Source of the DNA: Eledone cirrhosa | Taxonomy: Eukaryota | Assembly (NCBI GenBank): GCA_964016885.1 | Contig: OZ024764.1 | Span: 15,562,001 to 15,626,000 of the forward strand | Direction of reading: 5' to 3' | Length of the DNA stretch: 64,000 nucleotides | Part shown: positions 53,663-64,000 of the stretch, piece by piece | Numbering within the stretch: position 1 is the stretch's first letter | How the letters are laid out: the number at the start of each line of letters is the position of its first letter | Made by a program: the position numbers and the translations under genes | Notes under the pieces: generated by a model | The model's input: the letters and a program-made list of their open reading frames with translations, nothing else | What the model was told of the DNA's origin: nothing | Database searches by the model: none

Positions 53663-53734
53663 GTTTGTTGCAACTGACATTTTAGGGGTCACATGGTTTT
53701 ACTCGAAATTTCAGGGGTCACATTGTTATACCTG

Positions 53735-54634
53735 ATATTTTAGGGTTTAAGTCTTCAGTAGTGTTAACTATATATTTTAGGGGTTAGGTCTTCAGTATGG
53801 TTAACTATATATTTTAGGGGTTAGGTCTTCAGTATGGTTAACTATATATTTTAGGGGTTAGGTCTTCAGTATGGTTAACTATATATTTTAGGGGTTAGGT
53901 CTTCAGTAGTGTTAACTATATATTTTAGGGGTTAGGTCTTCAGTATGGTTAACTATATATTTTAGGGTTTAAGTCTTCAATATGGATAACTATATATTTT
54001 AGGGGTTAGGTCTTCAGTAGTGTTAACTATATATTTTAGGGGTTAGGTCTTCAATATGGATAACTATATATTTTAGGGGTTAGGTCTTCAATATTGTTAA
54101 CTATATATTTTAGGGGTTAGGTCTTCAGTATGGTTAACTATATATTTTAGGGGTTAGGTCTTCAGTATGGTTAACTATATATTTTAGGGGTTAGGTCTTC
54201 AGTATGGTTAACTATATATTTTAGGGGTTAGGTCTTCAGTAGTGTTAACTATATATTTTAGGGGTTAGGTCTTCAGTATGGTTAACTATATATTTTAGGG
54301 GTTAGGTCTTCAGTATGGTTAACTATATATTTTAGGGGTTAGGTCTTCAGTATGGTTAACTATATATTTTAGGGGTTAGGTCTTCAGTAGTGTTAACTAT
54401 ATATTTTAGGGGTTAGGTCTTCAGTATGGTTAACTATATATTTTAGGGGTTAGGTCTTCAGTATGGTTAACTATATATTTTAGGGGTTAGGTCTTCAGTA
54501 TGGTTAACTATATATTTTAGGGGTTAGGTCTTCAGTAGTGTTAACTATATATTTTAGGGGTTAGGTCTTCAGTATGGTTAACTATATATTTTAGGGGTTA
54601 GGTCTTCAGTATGGTTAACTATATATTTTAAGGG
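53735..54634. repeat. 37-bp minisatellite, ~24 copies
   Basis: ttttaggggttaggtcttcagtatggttaactatata. Confidence 0.96.
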
Positions 54635-54790
54635 TCTCTAAATCCCTTCCATATACTGTACCGATTGTGTTGTTATTTCTGTTTACCTTTTACATACATA
54701 TATATATATATATGTGTGTGTGTATGTGTGTATGATAGTGTTGCCATTGTGTGTTTCTATATTTTACATATATTTCTCTGTCTCCGCCAG

Positions 54791-54983
54791 AAACATTGTG
54801 TGCAGACGCCGACTCCACCTCGACCCCAGACCCAAAGTCCTGTGACAATACCATCGCTGCCATCAACCATTCCAGGGCAACAGCTCTACACTCAGTACAT
54901 TGTACCGAACGTTATGTCGATGCCTGCAGCAACACCCCAGCAGCCTACTAACCAGAGTAACCGGTTCACAGCAGCGAAACGTG
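54791..54983 (+). CDS. ATXN2: ATXN2 Pro-rich exon (KHCVQTPTPPRPQTQSP...AAKR)
   Basis: tctccgccag acceptor, G|gtaatt donor; TPTxPRPQ follows PAM2 in the family; phase 0-1. Confidence 0.9.
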
Positions 54984-55263
54984 GTAATTCCTTCCTTGAA
55001 TTTCAACTACAGTGGGGTGGGTGAGGATAGACGTGTCTGTGTGTCAGTTGCTTCCTGGGACTGGGGGTGGTGTGGCTTTTTCTGTATTATTTTTTGGGGT
55101 TGGGGTGGGTATCAATCGACAAGATCCTAAACCTCATTCCCTTACTGTGTGGGGCGGAACTTGTCAAGTCGGGGCCAAGGAAGCAATGTTTCCATTGGCC
55201 TTTCCATTGCTGATACTCTTGGCAGATAGATCTTACGAACCCTAATTTTGACAACCAAAAATT

Positions 55264-56327
55264 TGTATATATGTATGTATGTGTGTGTGTATATGTATAT
55301 ATATATGTGTGTGTGTGTATATGTATATATATGTGTGTGTGTGTGTATGTATATATATATGTGTGTGTGTATATATATATATATGTCTGTGTGTATATAT
55401 ATATATGTGTGTGTGTATATATATATATACATATGTGTGTGTGTATATATATATATATGTGTGTGTGTGTGTATATGTATATATATATGTGTGTGTGTGT
55501 GTATGTATATATATATATGTGTGTGTATATATATATATATGTCTGTGTGTATATATATATATGTGTGTGTGTATATATATATATACATATGTGTGTGTGT
55601 ATATATATATATACATATGTGTGTGTGTATATATATATATACATATGTGTGTGTGTATATATATATATATATATGTGTGTGTATATATATATATATGTGT
55701 ATATATATATATATATATGTGTGTGTATATGTATATATATATGTGTGTGTGTGTATGTATATATATATGTGTGTGTGTGTATGTATATATATATATATAT
55801 GTGTGTGTATATATATATATATATGTCTCTGTGTATATATATATATGTGTGTGTGTATATATATATATACATATGTGTGTGTATATATATATATATACAT
55901 GTGTGTGTGTATATATATGTGTGTATATGTATATATATATGTGTGTGTGTATGTATATATATATGTGTGTGTGTGTATGTATATATATATGTGTGTGTGT
56001 GTATGTATATATATATATATATGTGTGTGTATATATATATATATATGTCTGTGTATATATATATATATATGTCTGTGTATATGTATATATACATATGTGT
56101 GTGTGTATATATATATATATACATGTGTGTGTATATATATATGTGTGTGTGTATGTATATATATATGTGTGTGTGTGTATGTATATATATATATATATGT
56201 GTGTATATATATATATATGTCTGTGTATATATATATATATATATGTCTGTGTATATGTATATATACATATGTGTGTGTATATATATATATATGTGTGTGT
56301 ATATGTATATATACATATATGTGTGTG

Positions 56328-56358
<31 letters not shown>

Positions 56359-56372
56359 CTGTGTGTGTATAT
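55264..56372. repeat. compound (TA)n/(TG)n microsatellite
   Basis: Read directly; similar tracts at 5745-6450, 13490-14060, 23470-25000 and 56810-57070. Confidence 0.97.
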
Positions 56373-56450
56373 TCAGAACTTTCTTATTCCTGGGTTGGTG
56401 TTTAACGTTGTTGTTGCTGCTGTTGTTGCTGTTGTTGTTGTTGGTGGTGT

Positions 56451-56481
<31 letters not shown>

Positions 56482-56594
56482 GTGGTGGTGGTGGTGGTGT
56501 GTTGTTGTTGCTGCTGCTGTTGTTGGTGATGTTGTTGTTGTTGTTGGTGGTGTTTTTATTGCTGTTGTTGTTATTGTTGTTGTTCTCTTTGCAG

Positions 56595-56752
56595 CGATTG
56601 TGTCAGTGCCCCGACATGACTACACAGCTCAAGCTGCTGCTGCTGCCGCCGCTGCTGCTACAGGGCCCCCTCTCCTGGCTCAGACAAATATACCAGCACC
56701 TTACTTCTCTTATTACCAGATACCCCAGCCTCCACACACGGCTTACCCACAG
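56595..56752 (+). CDS. ATXN2: ATXN2 exon ([10 protein letters not shown]...A9TGPPLLA...YPQ)
   Basis: ctctttgcag acceptor, CAG|gtatat donor; AATGPPLLA motif; phase 1-0. Confidence 0.9.
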
Positions 56753-56874
56753 GTATATATTGTATATGTAGCTATATACCATTGTTTTTTTATTTTTTTT
56801 ATTTTCTATACACGTGTGTGTGTGTGTGTGTGTGCATATGTGCACTGTGTGTGTCTGTATATTTGTATATATAT

Positions 56875-56933
<59 letters not shown>

Positions 56934-57164
56934 CGCATATGTGCACTGTGTGTGTCTGTATATTTGTATATATATATATGTGTGTGTGTGTGTATGTGTA
57001 TATATATGTGTGTGTGTGTGTGGTGTGTATGTGTGTATATATATATATATATATGTCTGTGTATATATGCTGTACACTTCATACTGAAGTGTCTGTGATT
57101 AACCAACACATACTCAAATTAAAATAATATATATTTAAATATATATATAATAAATTCAAAGGGG

Positions 57165-57204
<40 letters not shown>

Positions 57205-57520
57205 TAGACATATTCACAGATACATATACCAATTTGGTAACCTTTTCGGCCTAATGAAGAATTAATTAAGCAAATAATCATTAATTACAGCTATATATAA
57301 AAATGCAAGTCCGAAGAACCATTAGATAAAATATATACAGTATTTCCTCATATATTTATATATATATATATATAAATGGAAGAGAATGAAACGAAATTTC
57401 ATTTCTCACTCTTAGTACGGCTGATACTTAAATATAAGTATGTATACGTACATACACATGTGTGGGCTTATACCATTACGATCACATGAAGATATGTCGT
57501 TATCTTAACCCCAAATATGA

Positions 57521-57581
57521 TATTTTATCTGACGAAAGCGTACTAAAATGTTAGTACCCTTGAAATACGTATAATAAAATA
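57521..57581 (+). ncRNA. minimal type I hammerhead ribozyme (PLE-type), sense to ATXN2
   Basis: Helix I UAUUUUAU/AUAAAAUA; core CUGACGA; helix II AAG-C-GUACUAA/UUAGUAC-C-CUU; GAAA; palindromic UACGUA helix III; AUA triplet (predicted cut after 57573). Confidence 0.8.
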
Positions 57582-57978
57582 AATATGGGTTTGTAAAGAT
57601 ATTTTCCATTTATTAATATTGTTAATATTAATGATACTCCAGATAAAACTGTAGAGTGCTGCTAATCTGTTGTAAATTAACTTTGTTGAATAATCAACAA
57701 ACCATATAACTCAGTTTCTATCTATCTATCTATATATATATATATATATATATAAATTAAAGTGTAGAGGTTGTTGTGAGCGGGAAGCCAACAGTATTTC
57801 ATAATATATGTGACTATAACGTCAAAATGGAAAATTAGTTAACGTAGGATGTGGGAAAATAATTCAAACTCAATTAAAAAAAAAAATCAAGACATAGATT
57901 TATCCACAGAATTTTGTGAAATCCAGGGAAAAATCAATAGAGCCTTAACTCAGAATAAAATAAAGTTTAAATACTCAT

Positions 57979-58011
<33 letters not shown>

Positions 58012-58018
<7 letters not shown>

Positions 58019-58381
58019 AAAAAAAGAAAAGAATGACTTCACTTGTAGTTCTCAACAATTTAATTTTATATTATAATTTTACAATTTGGTTTTGTATATC
58101 TAGTAAGTTCTTTGTTAACTTCGGTGGGGAGATTTTTTAAAGATTCCTGGTTTACTTTCTCGGTGAACTTTCTTGCATTCGTTGGCGGCAATTGTCAAAC
58201 TGATCTCCACTGATGAATGCGAGAAAGTTCTCCAAGAAAGTTAACCAGGGATCTTTAAAGCTCCCCACCGATATTAACAAAGAACTTACTAGATCTAGAA
58301 AACCAAATTGTAAAATTATATTATAAAATGAAATTGTTTAGAACTACAAGTGAAGTCGTTTTTTTCCTTTTTTCAAATATA
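58012..58381. repeat. fold-back inverted repeat, ~170-bp diverged arms
   Basis: gacttcacttgtagttct...agaactacaagtgaagtc, with internal matches. Confidence 0.9.
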
Positions 58382-58508
58382 CCTAACTGTACCTAGAATT
58401 TCATACATTTTCCTATGTATATATGTAAAAGGTAAACAGAAATAACACAATTGGTACAGTATATGGAAGGCATATATAAGGTTAACACTTGAAATAGCAG
58501 GAAGAGGG

Positions 58509-58544
58509 TCTTAACGTTTCGGACGCTAGTCCTTCATCAGAAGA
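58509..58544 (-). ncRNA. minimal hammerhead ribozyme, second family
   Basis: UCUU-CUGAUGA-A-GGAC-UAGC-GUCC-GAAACGUU-AAGA, with an AACGUU palindrome at helix III. Confidence 0.65.
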
Positions 58545-58674
58545 AAGAATGAGGAATAAGATAGATGTGAGGGGACGGGCGGGTTAAGTGATTAAACATT
58601 CATTTTATTAAGGCTAAATAGTCCTGTTACTCTGGAGTTTCACCTGTTTATCACCAGGTCATCAGACAAAGCTG

Positions 58675-58947
58675 GTTGAAGTGGAGGTAACACAACGTAG
58701 AGGTTGAAGTAGAGGTAACACAACGTAGAGGTTGAAGTAGAGGTAACACAACGTAGAGGTTGAAGTAGAGGTAACACAACGTAGAGGTTGAAGTAGAGGC
58801 AACACAACGTAGAAGTTGAAGTAGAGGTAACACAACGTAGAAGTTGAAGTAGAGGTAACACAACGTAGAAGTTGAAGTAGAGGTAACACAACGTAGAAGT
58901 TGAAGTAGAGGTAACACAACGTAGAAGTTGAAGTAGAGGTAACACAA
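58675..58947. repeat. 28-bp minisatellite, ~10 copies
   Basis: gttgaagtagaggtaacacaacgtagag. Confidence 0.95.
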
Positions 58948-59191
58948 AAATGGGGTTCATAGACAGGATGGAAAAAGGGACATGTATGTGTTGTATTGAA
59001 TTCTACTGTGTATGTATGTATGTGTATATATGTTGTTGGAGCTGGTGTGTATGTGTGTACTAACATTGTATATAAATATATATATATATGTGTGTGTGTG
59101 TGTGTACATGTTTGGATGTATGTGTGTATTTATATGTATGTATGACTATATATTATCATTGGTGGATATAATATAATATAAGAAACCATTA

Positions 59192-59998
59192 TTGGTGGAT
59201 TGGCAGCATTGAGTTACGTCCCTTTACGTTCTGAGTTCAAATCCCACCGAGGTTAGCTTTGCACTTCATCTTTACGGGGTCGATAAAATTAAAGTACCAG
59301 TAATACACTGGGGGTTGATTTATAGAGCTTTAGACAAACTGTTTTTGGTGTTTGTTATGACTTTGTTCTGGGGTCACCTTCCCCCCTCCCTCCCCTAAAT
59401 TGCTGGCCTTGGGCCTAAATCAGAACCATTATTATTATTATTATCAACCCCCACAGAGGTTAATATATCGTCAATCCTTACGGGGGTCGATAAAATAAAG
59501 TATACCAGTAATACACTGGGGGTTGGTTTAATTGTGCCTCGTGTAGAAACTATTGTTGTTATTATTAGGGGCGGTGGATTGGCAGAATCGGTAGAGCGTC
59601 GGACGCCGTGCTTGGCAACATAGAGTCGCGTCCCTTTACGTTCTGGGTTCAAATCCCGCTGAGGTTAACTTTGCCTTTCCTCGTTACGGGGTCGATAAAA
59701 TAAAGTACCAGTAATACACTGGGGTCGAGTTAATCGACTTTCCCTCTCCCCAAATTGCTGGCCTTGTACCTATACTAGAAGTCATTATTATTATTATTGA
59801 TTGGCAGCAGAATCAGTAGAGCGTTGGGCAATGCTCTGTGGCATTGAGTTACATCCCTTTATGTTCTGAGTTCAAATGCCACCACGGTTAGCTTTGCTTT
59901 TCATCCCTATAGGGGTCAATAAAATAAAGTACCAGTAACACGCTGGGGTTGATTTAATGGACTTGTTGGCCTTGTGCCTAAAGCAGAAACCGTTATTG
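59192..59998 (+). mobile_element. cluster of four head-to-tail SINE copies (32593 family)
   Basis: Four ggggtc(g)ataaaataaagtaccag cores separated by (ATT)n tails. Confidence 0.8.
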
Positions 59999-60451
59999 TC
60001 GGCCCTTTCCCCTTTTTTCTCCTTCAATTGTTGTAATCCTTTGTTTTTGTCTGAATTTCTGAGGTTACAAAGTCATCATCATCATCATATGTCTATTTTC
60101 CATGGTTACGTGGGTTAGAAAGGCTGTGGCACATTGAGGCCTGGCTGGTCAGGTGACCATGTCTTCCTGTCCCCAGTATTCGCAGGGGTTACATTCCTAG
60201 AGCTCCCACAAATATTGGCCGTGGTCCCTAGCAATGCCTACTCTGTGAATATATGCCACGTACGAGAAAGATATGGTTGTCCAATGATTTCTAGCATTGG
60301 ACAGTGACAACCCCTCCACCCCATGTCAGTGAGTAGATGTAAGATGATGACCATGATAATGATGATGATGATGAGGATTTACTAAATGCAATGAGCTACA
60401 GGTTCTTGAAGGTAGCTAGAGGGTAACAACTGCTGGAGTATGGTGATTATA

Positions 60452-61333
60452 CAAGATCTGTTGAAAATGTATCTGACTTTATCCTCATAGGATGCAAGGG
60501 AGATATGGGAGCTTGCTTGAAGTCTCATACATTCATGTGCCTGTCTGGTTGTTAACAAGCTTGCTGGATGTGTCAGTCACTGTCAGGCAACAGCCAACAT
60601 ATGACGTGGTGTATGATTGCTTATTTGTTGTATTTTTATTCCAACTAATACTGCCAGCAACGATCCAAAGTTCCTGAATACTGTGATAACTGGAAAGGAG
60701 ATGTGGGTCTATTGGTATGACCTGGAAACCAAAGCTCAGTCCTTACAGTGGAAGTATCCAATGTTGCCAAGGCCCCAACAAAGTACTTCATACGCAGAGC
60801 AAAGTCAAGGTGATGCTGACTGTTATCTTTGACTACCAAGGTGTTGTGTATCACAGATATGGACTAGGGCAAAGAGTTACAAAGGAAGTCCTCTGACATC
60901 TTTGTGACACAGTTTAGCACAATAGACCAGATCTGTTGGCCTCACAAAACTGACAAGCTGCATCATCACAACACCTCAGTTCATTTGTCACAAATGATTC
61001 AAGGTTTCTTGGCAACGAAAGACATTTCTCTTATTTACCAGGTTCTGTACTCTCTAGACCTGGTCCCTTCTGACTTCAGGTTGCTCCCAAAAATAAATAT
61101 ACCACTGAAAGGCCCTGCTTTATGAGCCATGAAGACAGCATGCAGACTACAAGAGTGGAGCTGAGAGCTATTCTGGGAGAAGTATTCCAAATGTGCTTCA
61201 AACAGTAGAAGGATCACTGGGTTAAATGTGTGGAAACACAAGGGGTCTACTTCAAAGGGGATTAACAATTAAACCCCAAGTATGTCATTTTATTTTCCCA
61301 GCTTAAGGTCGGATACTTTTTCAACAGACCTCG
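60452..61333 (+). mobile_element. decayed mariner transposon
   Basis: TIRs flanked by TA; fragments VITGKEMWVYWYDLETKAQSLQW, LHHHNTSVH and YSLDLVPSDF (degenerate YSPDLAPxD). Confidence 0.9.
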
Positions 61334-61417
61334 TATATATACTCGCACAGTGTATATATATGTTTGTCTATACACACACACACACTGTATATTAGTATAC
61401 TTAATATGAAGCAAATT

Positions 61418-61796
61418 TAGATATGCAATAAATGACTGATAATTTTCAGAAAGCCAGTACAATGGAGTAGAAATATATAAAGGGCAAATGATGACAAATA
61501 AATCAAAAGGAAGTAATGTTTTACCCAGTGTATTTCAACATGATATTTCAGGGCTACAACCCTCTTTTCAAATGGAAAAATGAAAGCAGTTCAAAGCAAA
61601 AACAAACGCATGTGTTTTTACTTAACCAGTTAGGGAAGAACACATTTTAATTTTACATTTGAAAAGAGGGTATTAGCCCTTAAATATACTGGGTAAAACA
61701 TTACTCCTTGTTTTATTTCACATCCTTTGCTCTTTATATATTTCTACCTCATTGTACCGGCTTTCTGAGACTTACATGTCTTATTTATTTATCTAT
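61418..61796. repeat. fold-back inverted repeat, diverged arms
   Basis: tcagaaagccagtacaatg...cattgtaccggctttctga and gtaatgttttacccagt...actgggtaaaacattac. Confidence 0.85.
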
Positions 61797-62817
61797 AAAT
61801 ATATATATATAATATTATTTATGAAATAAACAATCCCGGTGGGGGCTGTTTATGTGTTAAGTATTTCCGTAGAAACAGTAAAGGAAAGAAGAGCTATTTA
61901 ATTATGTAATAAACATAATTGTTTGCTATGTAATTAAATAGCTCTGTACTATACATAGAAATACTTAACATAAATAAATACACACATACACACACACACA
62001 CACACACTCACACATACACTTCACACACACTCACACTCACAGAACATCAGTGTGTAAGGTATAGAAATACTTAACATAAATAAATACACACATACACACT
62101 CACTCACTCACTCACACACACGCACTCACACACACACACTCACACATAACATCAGTGTGTAAGGTATATATCTTTATCTTCGTTGTTTCGTTACTAAATT
62201 CGTTTCTGTTTTTTCACAAGAAGACAAACAAAAAAAAGGAGTTATTTTTTTCTTTCCTGATTGTATGATGTCTTGTTCTTTCTTTCCCCTTTTTTCTTTT
62301 CTTTTTCTTCTCTTGTTCTCTCTTTCTCTCACTTCGTTTATACAAAAGCTGTTTCAAGATGGGGTCTCTCCTCTCTCTCTTCACTCACACACTCTTTTAT
62401 ATTCTCTCCTCTCACTCACACTCATTCTCTCTCCTGTCTCTCTCTTCACACTCTCTCTCTCTCTTCACACTCTCTCTCTCTCTTCACACTCTCTCTCTCT
62501 CTTCACACTCTCTCTCTCTCTCACTCATTCACTTCTCTCTCTCACTCCTCTCTCACTCATTCTCTTCTCTCTCTCTCACTCATTCTCTTCTCTCTCTCTC
62601 ACATTCTCTCTTCTCTCTCTCTCACATTCTCTCTTCTCTCTCTCTCACATTCTCTCTTCTCTCTCACACTCACACACTCTCTCTCTCCCTCATTCCTCTC
62701 TCTCACTCCTCACACACTCTCTCACTCTCACTCACCCCTCACTCACACTCCTCTCTCACTCACTCACTCACTCTCTCTCTCACACTCTCTCTCCTCTCTC
62801 TCTTGCCTCTTTTATAG

Positions 62818-62838
62818 CTGTGGATGGTAAAACCAGAT
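62818..62838 (+). CDS. candidate 21-nt ATXN2 microexon (LWMVKPD)
   Basis: tcttgcctcttttatag acceptor after a ~550-nt pyrimidine tract, GAT|gtaagt donor; phase 0-0 matches the upstream exon. Confidence 0.5.
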
Positions 62839-63317
62839 GTAAGTATTAACCAAGTTTCATCCCCTGGGGGGGTAGGGGGCAGCTATTCTCTCTCCCCCTC
62901 CCCTCTCTCCCACTAACCATCTTTACCTTTTGTTTCATTCAGTTGTTTTGTTTGTTTTTGTTTCTTTCTCACCTGCCCCCTCCCCCCCCCCACACCCAAG
63001 CAATAACAGTTTTGTACCTCCTTTGAGTGGCCATGCTGGGGCACCCCCTTTGACACTCCACCACACACCCTCCCCCCTTGCCCAAGCAGTAACAGTTTTG
63101 CACTCTTTCCATGGCCATGCTGGGGCACCCCCCTTTGACCCCCCCCCACCTGCCTTCGTTCATGCAATAACAGTTTTGTACTCTTTCCATGGCTGTGCTG
63201 GGGCACCCCTTTGAATTAGTTGGCCATGTTGAGTTTTTGGTACTTATTTTATTAATCTCTTTATGTTAAGGACAATAAGCAGACAGTTTTGTGCATACTG
63301 ACACACGTACCTACATA

Positions 63318-63925
63318 CAGTTGTCCCCTGGTATTTGTAGGGGGTGACATTCCTAGTCCTAGAGTACCCACGAAGAGTGAAAAGCCACGAATATTGGACG
63401 TGGTCCATAAAAATGCCTATAAATGTCAAAATATAACATAAAATATAATAAAAAAAAAGAGGGAATGTCTTATGCAAAGGGGTTCCAATTGGCCAGCAAG
63501 TACGGTATATTGTTGTTAATAATTTAGTGTTAAAAAAATATATATTGCCCCGAAAAAAGTCATTAAAAAAAAAATCATGGAAGATATTTAAGATTCCACG
63601 AATATGCAGTGGTTTCCACGAATATGCAGTGGTTTCCCCGAATATGCAGTGGTTTCCCCGAATATGCAGTGGTTTCCACGAATATGCAGTGGTTTCCACG
63701 AATATGCAGTGGTTTCCACGAATATGCAGTGGTTTCCACGAATATGCAGTGGTTTCCACGAATATGCAGTGGTTTCCACGAATATGCAGTGGTTTCCACG
63801 AATATGCAGTGGTTTCCCCGAATATGCAGTGGTTTCCACGAATATGCAGTGGTTTCCCCGAATAATTAGTTAGGTTCTAAGGAAAATTCTGTGAATAACT
63901 GGGCTGCAAATATCGGGATACACTG
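63318..63925. mobile_element. pogo/Tigger-like non-autonomous element containing a 20-bp tandem array
   Basis: TA-CAGT...ACTG-TA ends with imperfect TIRs; a related fragment lies at 60168-60230. Confidence 0.55.
63595..63863. repeat. 20-bp minisatellite, 13 copies
   Basis: aatatgcagtggtttccacg. Confidence 0.96.
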
Positions 63926-64000
63926 TATATACATACAGCAGGCTTCTGAAGTTCCCATCTTTCAAATTCCACTCACAAGACATTTGATGTGTGTGCTGGG

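Larger units (their letters stand above)
31503..56752 (+). other. ATXN2: ataxin-2 gene, partial span (16 coding exons; first and last exons not located)
   Basis: All exons have AG/GT boundaries with matching phases and give one open frame. Recognisable Lsm (GVYNNSR...VKNGNVYEGV), LsmAD (GWDPSDMF...STYDENLSQYT) and PAM2 (STLNPNAKEFNP) motifs. Confidence 0.95.

Noticed and set aside
55087-57127. Long Y/I/C/V/H/T-rich ORFs
   Set aside because: (TA)n/(TG)n microsatellite; only 56595-56752 is a real exon.
57245-57295. Additional hammerhead (CTAATGAAGAATTAAT...ATTAATT) and similar motifs near 32370-32435 and 48105-48145
   Set aside because: Core bases are mutated or the GAAA is missing; at most relics.

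Overview
Repeat-dense eukaryotic DNA. The (TA)n/(CA)n tracts and the tRNA-SINE, RTE-LINE, mariner and Penelope-like (PLE) relics suggest an octopus or other coleoid cephalopod (inference). The one firmly identified gene is ataxin-2 (ATXN2) on the + strand. Sixteen GT-AG exons from 31503 to 56752 splice into one continuous frame (2,323 nt, about 774 codons) containing the Lsm domain, LsmAD, a polyN/S/A/Q low-complexity exon and the PAM2 motif. Its start and stop exons were not found; a candidate 45-nt upstream exon (23383) and a candidate 21-nt microexon (62818) were found. Nearly all long ORFs in the track are artefacts of tandem repeats. The most notable non-coding signal is a family of minimal type I hammerhead ribozyme (HHR) motifs with covarying helices. 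One intact copy lies in sense orientation inside an ATXN2 intron and has an antisense twin 26 kb upstream in the same pre-mRNA. Several fold-back palindromes appear to be built on HHR remnants. Also present: a 5'-inverted (twin-priming-type) RTE insertion with a verifiable TSD, many minisatellites derived from transposon fragments or abutting splice sites, and a 1,039-bp higher-order repeat. Everything was read by eye; no searches or folding programs were run.
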